This document shows positions 33,808-42,973 of a stretch of 64,000 bases of DNA, in pieces. The position numbers and the translations under genes are program-made. Under the pieces are notes generated by a model. It ran no database searches and was not told where the DNA came from. It saw only the letters and a list, made by a program, of their open reading frames with translations. Each line of letters opens with the position of its first letter. Position 1 is the first letter of the stretch. This stretch comes from Pelagomonas calceolata (Eukaryota). The stretch is taken from positions 2,852,001 through 2,916,000 of the forward strand of contig CAKKNE010000005.1 of the NCBI GenBank assembly GCA_918797485.1. The letters run 5' to 3'.

Positions 33808-33897
33808 AGCGGCCCGCGCCCGCCGCCGATGAATCGGCGACGCGCGGTGTCTCCCCCAGGGGCTCCGCCCACTAGTCCTAGCACCGTAACATCGACT
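33808..33897. repeat. Dispersed ~90-bp repeat, copy 2
   Basis: Matches 17157-17248. Confidence 0.92.
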
Positions 33898-33945
33898 CGT
33901 AGCAAGTTGTCACAAATCACTTACGCATCTCCTCGCGCTCGGCGC

Positions 33946-35220
33946 TCACAAGACCATGTCGTCCTGGGGGCTCTCGACTGCCGCCCACATGTCGTCGTTC
34001 CACATCTTGAGCTGCTCGTCTGATAACGGCTGCTTCACGGTCGCCGCGCGCGCGACGGTCGGCGAAGCGATGCGGTGCTCCTTGGCGACCGCGGCCGCGA
34101 CGCGCGCCCGGTGCGCCGCGTCGGCCGCCAATTCCTCCTTCCGCTCCTCGGCCCGCTTCTTCTTCTTCGTCACGTCTTTTTTCGCGCGCTGATCCTTCGT
34201 CGTCATGACGCGCTGCTCGTGCGCGACGTGGACGACCTCCACGTGGCCCGTGTCCACGCCCAGCCTCAGCGACGCCGCGTCGTATCTATCCGGAGGCCCT
34301 ACCTTTCTCACGACGATCGTGCCGCTCAGGTTCGTCCGTTTCCCTTTAAACATTCTCGAGATGTCCTGCTGAGAAATGGGGAACCGAACATCCTTCCCGG
34401 CGTCCTGCTCCGACCCGAAGCGCGCGTAGCTCAGGACCGGCGGACCCGCCACGTCCACCTCTACCCCTTCGATCGTTTGAGTGCCGATCGGCCAAGCGGT
34501 CTCGTCCGGCATCCAGGCGACCTCGACGCCGTCGGGGCTGCCGTACTTATTTTGAGTACTATTTGACGAGTCGTCTTTGAAGCGGCCGGGCATCTTGGTG
34601 CGCAGCTCGTGCAGCGTCAGCGTCTCCTTGAGCTCGGCGAAGCGGGTTAGTCGGTCGGCCATCTTCTTTCTCGAAGCCGGCGTGTTTACTTTGGGTTTGC
34701 CACCAATGTCCCCTTTCGGGTGGCACGCCGCCAGGATCTTCCCTATAGTGGTGATTCGATTGCCTTGGTGGATTCCATCTAGATACGCCTCCATCGCCGC
34801 CGCCGCCAGTGTGCCGTCGTCGGCCGTCTCCAGGCTCAGCGGCTCGTAGGGCAAGACGACGACAGGTTCCTCGTTCGGTACGTACTCGACGCTCTGAACC
34901 GTGCCGTCCGTCGCCGTGACGGTCTTCCACGAGTAGCCCATCTTCGGTACGTATCGGGCCCCACAGGGGCCCAAGGCGCAGCACATCGTCGACGCGCCCG
35001 GAGACGCGCCCGCCGCCGCGACCGAAGCCAGCGCCCGCGCGGCGAGGTCCGGCTGGGCCGCTTTGAGCGTGGGCGCGGCCTTCGCGCTATCGTCGCAGAG
35101 CTTTTTCAGCGGGCTCTCGCCATCGGTGGCGTCGTCGCTATGGACGTTGGTCGCGTCGCGCAGGCGCTTCACGTTCTCGGGCTGCGACGCGGACATGTCG
35201 ACGTCGTTCACTTTCGCCAT
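33946..35220 (-). CDS. Hypothetical protein
   Basis: Long ORF from MAKVNDVDM; no domain recognised. Confidence 0.6.
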   Translation of the reverse strand: MAKVNDVDMSASQPENVKRLRDATNVHSDDATDGESPLKKLCDDSAKAAPTLKAAQPDLAARALASVAAAGASPGASTMCCALGPCGARYVPKMGYSWKTVTATDGTVQSVEYVPNEEPVVVLPYEPLSLETADDGTLAAAAMEAYLDGIHQGNRITTIGKILAACHPKGDIGGKPKVNTPASRKKMADRLTRFAELKETLTLHELRTKMPGRFKDDSSNSTQNKYGSPDGVEVAWMPDETAWPIGTQTIEGVEVDVAGPPVLSYARFGSEQDAGKDVRFPISQQDISRMFKGKRTNLSGTIVVRKVGPPDRYDAASLRLGVDTGHVEVVHVAHEQRVMTTKDQRAKKDVTKKKKRAEERKEELAADAAHRARVAAAVAKEHRIASPTVARAATVKQPLSDEQLKMWNDDMWAAVESPQDDMVL

Positions 35221-35573
35221 CTTCGACGTTGTTTCGCGCGGCGTCCTATGCTTTGCGAGTGGAGAACTGGGTGCTCGATCGCCTTCTTGCGAGCGTCGTG
35301 TGATGCTTTTAGGTTCCGCGTAGCGCAAACAAGCGGTGCGGAGCAGCCGGACGTTTAAGCGCTTGCAGCGCGAGGGCGCGCGCGCTGTCGCTTCTTTGAG
35401 TGGCCAGGCGCGGTCCTGCGGTTCAGCTAGCGCTGCTTTGAGAGCGCTGGGGTCAGGCGCGCGCGGTGGGCGTCAAACGCAGGCTTCTTCGCGCAGCTGA
35501 ACGGGCAGCTAGTGTGTTTACAGGCCGCTAGCTGGCGGCGGCCTTAATATCGTCTAGCATCCGCGTCGTCGCG

Positions 35574-35873
35574 TTGGACGACGGCTTCGCTTTCGTATTT
35601 ACGCCGTCGTCGAAGTTCCAGTCGATCGGCGGCTCGTTCCCCGCGCTCGAGGACTCGATCGCGCGCCTCGAGGCCGACGGCCTCTCGATGGACGCGGTCG
35701 CGGCGGACATCGTCGCGAACTCGCTGTACTTTCGGCCGGGCGCGGACGGCGGCGACGACGACGCGTCGCTGAACGGCCTCGTGCCGCGGGACCGCTGGCC
35801 GGGGCTGCGGGCGCGCGACGCGATGCGCGCCGAGGTCAACAAGCCGCGGCCCGACAACTTGAGGTTGGCGTGA
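35574..35873 (+). pseudogene. Possible gene fragment lacking an ATG
   Basis: Strong coding-like GC3 bias over ~100 codons, but no in-frame ATG at the 5' end. Confidence 0.3.
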
Positions 35874-36036
35874 AGCCGACTGCTAGGAGGGCTAACTTGA
35901 ATGGGTATATACGGTCACCCGGAACTATGTCGAACACGGCTAGCAGAGCCACTTTGTGAGAGCACGCGTGGCTAGCGCATGTAAGACACTAGCAAAAAAC
36001 TAAAACCGCTCCAATAACAGATAAGGGCCTAGACTG

Positions 36037-37505
36037 CTACCCCGCCACCTCCCCGAAGTCCTCGGGCTTCGCCTCACTGGAGAGCCCCGACGCCTGTAAG
36101 CGCGCGGCGACGGCTTCGATCTTCTCGAGGCAGCGCAACACGTTGCCGCCGTTGATCGCTATAATTTCATCATCAGTATAGCCGCGCTTCAACAGCTCCG
36201 CCGTCAAGACCGGGTACGTCGACACGTCCTCCATGCCGCGCGCCGGCGCCTTGATGCCGTCGTAGTCGGCGCCCAATCCCAGATGCAGCACGTTTCCGCA
36301 AACCTTCTTCGCATAATCGATGTGGTCGGCGACTTCGGTTACGCTTGCTCCGACCTGTGTGGAAATCAAAGTTTTTACGGCGTTCGTGCTGAATCATCGC
36401 GTCGTCATCTACGCCATCGACGCGACGGCTGCTCGATGGCGTGGCGATGCCGGTTCCTCGCAGCTCGACCGAGCCAGGACGACCGCGTCATCGCCGAGAA
36501 ACGACTCAGTGGAGAATTGTCGCGCACCCGACGCACGGTTCATTTCCACACAGGCTCCGACCGCGCCGTCCTTCACAAAAAAATCCCCCGCCACGAACGG
36601 CGCGTTCACGTTAATCATCACAACACCATCTTTTTCAGACAAAGACCGCAACACGTCGTCCGGGACATTCCTAGGATGGTTGCACACGGCCCGCGTGTTC
36701 GAGTGGGAGAACAAGACAGGCGCCTCGGACACGTCGATGGCTTTTTTCATGGTATCGGGATGGACATGGGACAAATCAACCGCCATGCCCAGCCGGTTCA
36801 TCTCCTTCACTACTTCTACTCCAAATGCACTCAGCCCGCCGGCCGTGGCGTGCTCGTTCCACTTCGAATTCTCGTCCAGAGCGGCGTCGGCCCAGCCCGG
36901 GCCGCCGTTATGCGTCAGCGTGAGGTAGCGGCAGCCGAGCCGGTAGTACATGCGGAGCGTAGCTAACGACCCGTTGATCTGGTGGCCGCCTTCCAATCCC
37001 GCCATCGACGCGAGCTTGCCGTCCTTGACGATGCGCCGCACGTCCGCCGCCGTGTACGCGAACTCGAGTTCGTCGGGGTACTTCTCGCATAATCTATGGA
37101 CGCAGTCGATCTGCTCCAACGTTTTCTGAACCTGCATCGTGACACGCGTCGCATCGATGGCGTGATGTGGTCCTCTCGTGTCGCGCCCGGACGACGTCGA
37201 CGCGACTCAAGGACGCCGCGGCCCACCGCCTCGCCGCCGCGGATCGTCGTCGGCACGTAGACGCTCCAGAATTGGGCTGTGAGGCCGCCCTTCCTGCAGC
37301 GCGGGAAATCAGTGTGCAGGTACTGGTGGCGCAGCTTCGGGATTTTAATGTGTCCCTGGGGCTCTCTCAAATCAAATTTGGACAAACGATGGTCGTAGGC
37401 GTCGTGCAAGGCCCACGGTAAATCGTTGTGGCCGTCCATCGTCACGTTCGGCGCGTCGTGCAGCGCGCGCGCGCGCTTCAGCAGCGCCTCGTCGTAGCCG
37501 CTCAT
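36037..37505 (-). CDS. Membrane dipeptidase (peptidase M19); introns at 37132-37226 and 36355-36561
   Basis: DGHNDLP, AQFWSVYVP, LEGGH, YLTLTHN, VDLSH, FSHS, GLGADYDG; both introns restore the reading frame. Confidence 0.93.
36355..36553. mobile_element. Intact introner element (199 bp)
   Basis: Perfect 12-bp TIR CTGTGTGGAAAT/ATTTCCACACAG and perfect 8-bp TSD GCTCCGAC (36347-36354, 36554-36561); donor GT comes from the TSD, acceptor CAG from the TIR. Confidence 0.95.
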
Positions 37506-37705
37506 CGTCCCTGACCGCGCGCCTCGAGAATGCGTGAGTGCTCCTGTTTCCGACACTCGCGGTACGCCGCGAAGAACTTGTCGCAGCGCTGCCGCTCTTC
37601 GGGATGCGTCGTCGCGCAGAGCAGCGCCGCCTCTTGCGCTTTCTTGCAATCGGTCTGGAATTGACCCTGCACCTTGGCACCTTGGCCCGGGACGTGAATA
37701 TTCAT
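37502..37705 (-). CDS. Small twin-CX9C (CHCH) mitochondrial intermembrane-space protein, Cox23-like
   Basis: CKKAQEAALLC-x10-CDKFFAAYREC in a 67-aa ORF. Confidence 0.75.
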   Translation of the reverse strand: MNIHVPGQGAKVQGQFQTDCKKAQEAALLCATTHPEERQRCDKFFAAYRECRKQEHSRILEARGQGR

Positions 37706-37880
37706 GCAGTTCACCGCTGTGAGGAGCGCTGCGGCTGTCGCTGCATGCGCTGTCGGCACTACGCGTAGCACTGTACCTAGGTAGCTGAGTTGAGAGCGCT
37801 CGACGCCGGCCATGCAAATCGGGTTTCGTCGGATATCTCGTAAGTGTACGACCTCGTTACGCACGGGTGGGGAGGATAGA

Positions 37881-40800
37881 CTAGTTCATGCGCGGCGGCC
37901 GTTTCGCCTTGATGATGCGCCGGCCCGCCTTGCCGCGCTTCGGCGCCGACGACGTCCCGATGGAGAAGCCGCCGCCCGCCGGCGCAGGCGGCGCCTGGGC
38001 GTTGAACGCGAAGCCAGGCGTCGCAGGTGGTGCGGCGGCGCCAAACGCCGGCTGTTGCGCCGGCGCCGCGCCGAAGGCCGGCGTCTGGCCAAAGGCGGGC
38101 GCCGCGGGCGCGCCGCCACCAAAAGGCGTCGCAGCACCACCTCCGAAAGGCGTGGCGGCGGGTGCACCTCCTCCAAATGGCGTCGGCTGCGGCGAGGCGC
38201 CGAACGCGCCTCCGCCGCCACCTCCGAAGGGCGTCGGCGCCGCCGCGGGCGGTTGCGCGCCAAAGGCAAAAGGCGTCGCCGGCGGCGCGGCAGGTGCTCC
38301 ACCGCCGAAAGGCGAGGGCGCCGCGGCAGGCGGCTGTGCGCCGAACGTGAAGCCGGGAGCACTCGGCGCGGGCGCAGGCGCGGCGCCGCCGCCAAAGCTA
38401 AACGGCGTGCTCGCCGGCGCCCCACCGCCGAACGGCGTCGCCGCGGGCGGCGCAGCCGCTCCGAACGTAAAGGGCGTCGATGCGGAGGGTGCCGGCGCGG
38501 CCGCTCCGAACGACGGCATCGGCGCCGCCGCCGGCGTTGCACCGAACTGCTTGTGCTCGCGCTGCGCCGGCGACTCTTGCATCGAGTTGCCGCCGGCGGG
38601 CGGCGGCGGCGGCGCGCCGAAAGAAGGTGCTGGCGGCGCGGCCGCCGGCGGCGCGGCGCCGAACGTGAACGCCGGGCCGCCCGCAGGTGCCGGAGCTGGC
38701 GGTGCAGGCGAGCTCGATCCAAAGGAAAAGGCCGGCGTGGCACCGCCAGCCGCCGGGGCGGGCGCGGGCGCGCCGGCGCCAAACGTAAACGCGGGTTTGG
38801 CGGCCGCGGGTGCTGGGGCGGGCGTCGGAGCGGCCGCACCGAACGTGAACGCCGGCGTGGCCGCTGCAGGCGCGGGTGCGGGAGCAGCAGGCGTCGCGGC
38901 CGGCGTCGCTCCGAAGGTGAAAGCTGGCTTGGCCGCCGCGGGTGCCGGCGCCGGCGCCGACGCCCCGAAGGTAAACGCCGGGGCTGCCGGAGCCGCTGGC
39001 GCCGGTGCAGGAGCAGCAGGTGCTGGGGCGGCACCGCCGCCGAACGTGAACGCCGGCGTCGCGGCCGCCGCTGGCGCGGGCGCCGGAGCCGCCGCGCCGA
39101 ACGTGAACGCCGGAGCGGCCGGAGCCGCCGGTGCTGGCGCAGGCGCTGCCGCCGCAGGCGCCGGCGCGCCGAACGTGAACGGACTCGCAGCGGCCGGCTT
39201 GTCGGCTGCCGCCGGCGCCGGGGCGGGCGCCGAGCCGAAGCTAAACGCGGCGGCGGCCGGCGCCGGCGCCGGCGCGTCCGCACCACCCCCAAACACGAAG
39301 GGGGTCTTCGGGGCTACCCCCTTGTCGCCGCTCAGCCCGAAGGCCGGCGTCGACGTCGCGAAGGACACGGATTTCTTGGCGGGCGGCTTGTCCGGGGCCG
39401 GCGTCGCGCCGAACGACAGCTTGGCGGCCGGTGTTGGCGCCGGCGGCGGCGCCGCCGGCGAGCCGAACGTGAAGGGCGACGCCGCGGCCGGCGAGGGCTT
39501 CGCCGCCGGCGTAGGAGCACCGCCACCTCCAGGTTTGGGCGTCTCGCAGGACGCGCAGGCCGTCTTGTCCTTGTCGTTCCAGACGTAGCACGCGTCGCAC
39601 TTCCACTGGCCGGGGGGGCGCTTGAACATGTCGCCCCAGCCCGTACTAGGTAAAGGCTTTGTTGTATCCTTCGTCGCCGCATCGAACGATGACGGCAGCT
39701 TGGACTTCTCCTCGGAAGCCTGGAAGGACGGCGTCGCCGGCGCCTTCTCGGGCGCCTTCTCGGGCATGAACGCGAAGGGCTTCTTCGCCGACGAGGCGGG
39801 GGCGTCGGGCGACGTCGGAGCGCGGCGCTTCGGCTTTCGGGAAGGCGGCGGCGAGAAGACGAACTCGGGCGCCACGGGCGCCGCCGCCGCGGCCCGGCCG
39901 AAGATCGACGGCGGTTTCGCCGGCGCGACGGGCGCGCCGTCGTCGTCGGGCGCCGTGAACGCGAACTCGTCGTCGTCGTCGTCGTCGTCGTCGGCCGGGG
40001 CCGGCGCCGGCGCCGGCGGCGAGAAGGGCGCCGCGGCCGGCGGCGAGAACGGCGACGCCGGCGCCGGCGCCGGCGCGCCGAAGCTGAACGGGCTCGCCGC
40101 GGCGGGTGCCGGTGCGGGAGGCGCCGAGAAGCTGAACGGGCTCGCCGCGGCGGGTGCCGGCGCCGGCGACAGCGCCTTCGGGGCCTCGGGCGACGCGAAC
40201 GGTTTCGCAGGCGCGGCGCCGAAGGGCTGCGATGAGGGAGACAGCGGCAGCGACTGCGACGGCGGCGGCGGCGCCGCGGGCGCCGCCGTGAGCGGCGCGA
40301 GCGCCGCGACCGGCGCCTCGCGCGCCTCGTCGAGCGGCGCCGAGATCTGCGCCAGCGCCTCGAGGATCTTGCGCGCGACGGCCGACGACTCGCGCCGCGA
40401 CGACCGGCCCAAAGCACGAGCCGCGGCCAACGCGTCCGGCGCGAGCGAGCGCTCCGCCGCGTCGGCCGCGAAGGTCGGCGGCGGCGGCGCCCGGGGCGGC
40501 GCTTCGATGGACCGGCGCCGCTTCGCCGCGCGCGCCGCGACCGCTTCCAGCGACGGATCAAAAGGCGAGCCCGGCGCCTCGTCGTCGCGGTCGCGCTTCC
40601 AGGCCGGCTGCCGCGGCTCCGGCGGTGGAAGAGAACGCCTTCGACCCTCTACCGAATAACGCCGCGGCGGCGGCCGCCGCGGGGGCATGTCGTAGTCGTC
40701 ATAATAGGCGTCGTCGTAGGCGTCGTACCGCCTCGGGGGAGGCGGCGGCCGCTCGTAGCGCGGCCGCTCGTCGTAGTAGGCCGGGCCGCCGTAGCGCGGC

Positions 40801-41252
40801 GACGCGTAGGCGTCGTAGCGGCGCGGCGGGGGCTCGTCGTAGTAGCCGCGTCGCCCGTAGGGCCGGCTGTAGCCTCCCACAAAGTCCTCTCCTCTTGAAG
40901 CTGGAGGCGGCGGCGGCGGCGCGGGCGGCGACACGTGCTGCACCACGGGTGGCGGCGGCGCCTGGACTCGAGGCGGCTCCGGCGGCGCCGGCGCGCGCGA
41001 CGCGAGGTAGCGCTCGCGGTCCGTGAGGGACGGCCCGCTCAGCGCGCGGTCCGCGGGGGACGGGCTCCCGAAGCCCGCGAACGGCGCCGGTTGTGAAGGG
41101 GCCGCCGCCGCGGCGGGGCTCCCGAAGCCGACGCCGACGAACGGGCTCGCCGCGGCGAGCGGCGACGACCGCGCGGGCGGCGCCGCCGGCCGCTCCTCCT
41201 CGCCGGCGCCCAGGAAGTTTCTTACAATAGGAATGTTGCGCAGGAAGCTCAT
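37881..41252 (-). CDS. FG-repeat nucleoporin with a RanBP2 zinc finger (Nup153/Nup1-like)
   Basis: WKCDACYVWN....ACASCETPKP, many FTFG/FSFG repeats, C-terminal GRRIIKAKR. Confidence 0.88.
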   Translation of the reverse strand: MSFLRNIPIVRNFLGAGEEERPAAPPARSSPLAAASPFVGVGFGSPAAAAAPSQPAPFAGFGSPSPADRALSGPSLTDRERYLASRAPAPPEPPRVQAPPPPVVQHVSPPAPPPPPPASRGEDFVGGYSRPYGRRGYYDEPPPRRYDAYASPRYGGPAYYDERPRYERPPPPPRRYDAYDDAYYDDYDMPPRRPPPRRYSVEGRRRSLPPPEPRQPAWKRDRDDEAPGSPFDPSLEAVAARAAKRRRSIEAPPRAPPPPTFAADAAERSLAPDALAAARALGRSSRRESSAVARKILEALAQISAPLDEAREAPVAALAPLTAAPAAPPPPSQSLPLSPSSQPFGAAPAKPFASPEAPKALSPAPAPAAASPFSFSAPPAPAPAAASPFSFGAPAPAPASPFSPPAAAPFSPPAPAPAPADDDDDDDDEFAFTAPDDDGAPVAPAKPPSIFGRAAAAAPVAPEFVFSPPPSRKPKRRAPTSPDAPASSAKKPFAFMPEKAPEKAPATPSFQASEEKSKLPSSFDAATKDTTKPLPSTGWGDMFKRPPGQWKCDACYVWNDKDKTACASCETPKPGGGGAPTPAAKPSPAAASPFTFGSPAAPPPAPTPAAKLSFGATPAPDKPPAKKSVSFATSTPAFGLSGDKGVAPKTPFVFGGGADAPAPAPAAAAFSFGSAPAPAPAAADKPAAASPFTFGAPAPAAAAPAPAPAAPAAPAFTFGAAAPAPAPAAAATPAFTFGGGAAPAPAAPAPAPAAPAAPAFTFGASAPAPAPAAAKPAFTFGATPAATPAAPAPAPAAATPAFTFGAAAPTPAPAPAAAKPAFTFGAGAPAPAPAAGGATPAFSFGSSSPAPPAPAPAGGPAFTFGAAPPAAAPPAPSFGAPPPPPAGGNSMQESPAQREHKQFGATPAAAPMPSFGAAAPAPSASTPFTFGAAAPPAATPFGGGAPASTPFSFGGGAAPAPAPSAPGFTFGAQPPAAAPSPFGGGAPAAPPATPFAFGAQPPAAAPTPFGGGGGGAFGASPQPTPFGGGAPAATPFGGGAATPFGGGAPAAPAFGQTPAFGAAPAQQPAFGAAAPPATPGFAFNAQAPPAPAGGGFSIGTSSAPKRGKAGRRIIKAKRPPRMN

Positions 41253-41709
41253 GGCTGCTGTGGCGCGTGCGGGCGCTGTGGCGCGCGCGTCGGGTGTGCG
41301 CGCGCGCGGCCTCCTGCGCGTGCTGTCTGAAGGCCTGCCTTCAGGGGGCCGCTGAGGGCTGCGCGAAGGAGCCCACGCGCGTGCAGGCGGTACTGTTGAG
41401 CGCTGTGATGTGGGCACGCTTTCAGCGCACTTCTAGGCCGCAGAGGGCGCTAGCGATGGCCCAATTTCAGACTGGGGCCCCGCGCCTCGCTTTCCTAGAG
41501 TTTGTAAAACGCTAGCTCGGTCAACCCTCTTTCGCCTCCCGGCGCGTCCAGGAGGCTGTGCAACGGTGATTATCAAGAAAACCATCGGCCGCGCGGGGCT
41601 CGACGCCGGCGCTGCGATCGGGCAGCCCCAAGCGGCGCAACAGCGACTGCGCCCGACGGCAGCGATCGAGAAGGGCAGCCCACAAGAGCCCACAAGCAGC
41701 CAGACAACG

Positions 41710-42684
41710 ATGGCCGCCACGACGGCCGCCGCCGACGCCGCCGCGGCGCGCACCGCCGCGCTGCAGAAGCTCCAAGCTCGCTCCGCGAAGCGGAAAGAAG
41801 ATCAAGAAGCCCTCCGGAAGAAGCTCATGCTCAAGTTGTACCTCGAGGGCCTAAAGACCAAGCTCAAGGCCAAGGGCCGCGAATCGACAAAGACGGAGGC
41901 GCCCGCCACCACACCGCAGCAGTCACAGCACAGCCAGGAGGAGCTCACAATTCGTGGAGACGGGACGCGCGAATCCGCAAGGGCGTGCGCCGACGTGTTA
42001 CGACGGCACGGCTGCGCCTGTTTGCAGACAAGCTTGGACAGCGCCAAGATCGAGCGCTGCCGCGTGCTATGCGAAGAAGCTCTAGAAACCACGCTGAAAG
42101 ATGCTGATGAAAGAGGCCTAGACCGAACGGGCCTCAAGACCAAGGAAATCGTCTCGCGGCAGGCGCTGAGGTTCGACCTCGTGCGGGGCATAGCCGACAC
42201 CGAACCCTTCTCTGCGTTAGCCAAGGGCGGGCCCTGGTGTTCTACAGTAAGACAAGCGCTCGGCGTGGACATGAAGTTAATAAAGTCGGGGTGTGTGGTG
42301 GCCATGCCCGGGTGTCCGCGCCAACCTGTCCATCCCGACGGCAAGCACCTGTTTGACGAAGGAGACCATTTACCGCCGCACTGCATTACGGTCTTCGTGC
42401 CTTTGGTGGATATGTCCGGCGATCTGGGACCGACGGAGTTTTACCCCGGCACTCATCGACGCGACTGCCCTCCCCAAGAATACCGGGCCTGCGAGACCGG
42501 GGATTGTGAGGGCGTGGCGTTCACTTCCGCGAAAGCGGGCGACGCGGTCATGTTCGACTACCGCGTTTTGCATAGAGGCGGCGCCAATTCCAGTACGAGA
42601 CAGCGGCCCTTACTGTACTTCACGTACGCGCGCTCGTGGTTCACCGACGCGACGAACTACTCCGCCGTGTCGCTCGACGACTAA
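41710..42684 (+). CDS. PhyH-family 2OG-Fe(II) dioxygenase
   Basis: QPVHPDG, VFVPLVD, GPTEFYPGTH, GDAVMFDYRVLHRGGAN. Confidence 0.88.
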   Translation: MAATTAAADAAAARTAALQKLQARSAKRKEDQEALRKKLMLKLYLEGLKTKLKAKGRESTKTEAPATTPQQSQHSQEELTIRGDGTRESARACADVLRRHGCACLQTSLDSAKIERCRVLCEEALETTLKDADERGLDRTGLKTKEIVSRQALRFDLVRGIADTEPFSALAKGGPWCSTVRQALGVDMKLIKSGCVVAMPGCPRQPVHPDGKHLFDEGDHLPPHCITVFVPLVDMSGDLGPTEFYPGTHRRDCPPQEYRACETGDCEGVAFTSAKAGDAVMFDYRVLHRGGANSSTRQRPLLYFTYARSWFTDATNYSAVSLDD

Positions 42685-42973
42685 GTAGTATGTTATTTTT
42701 TTCTCGACTCGTCCTCCGGTAGAGTCCGGGCCTCGCGTCGACGGCGTGCGGGGTGCTCCCAGACTCTTTGTTTTCAGCTCCCCTGTTCAGCTCTGCGCAT
42801 CCGGCGCTCCAAAGGAGAGGCTGCCAGACGTGGCCCGCAAACAGCGCTCGAGGTCCCCCACACCGCAGGACCCGTGGGGCAGCCTCCTCGGGGGGCTCCA
42901 AGACAGTCCCTAGCACAGCAGCTCCAGCAGCCTCCCCCGGCGCGGGCCTTGGTTGGCGTTGCCGCCTTTCGAC

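Noticed and set aside
38400..39300. Regularly spaced CCGAACGTGAAC repeats resembling a CRISPR array
   Set aside because: They are the codons of FTFG repeats within the nucleoporin ORF; no cas genes, and the context is eukaryotic
37812..40659. Long plus-strand and alternative-frame ORFs (613, 566, 468, 409, 345 aa) over the nucleoporin
   Set aside because: Shadow ORFs caused by extreme GC content and repeat coding on the opposite strand; no domains
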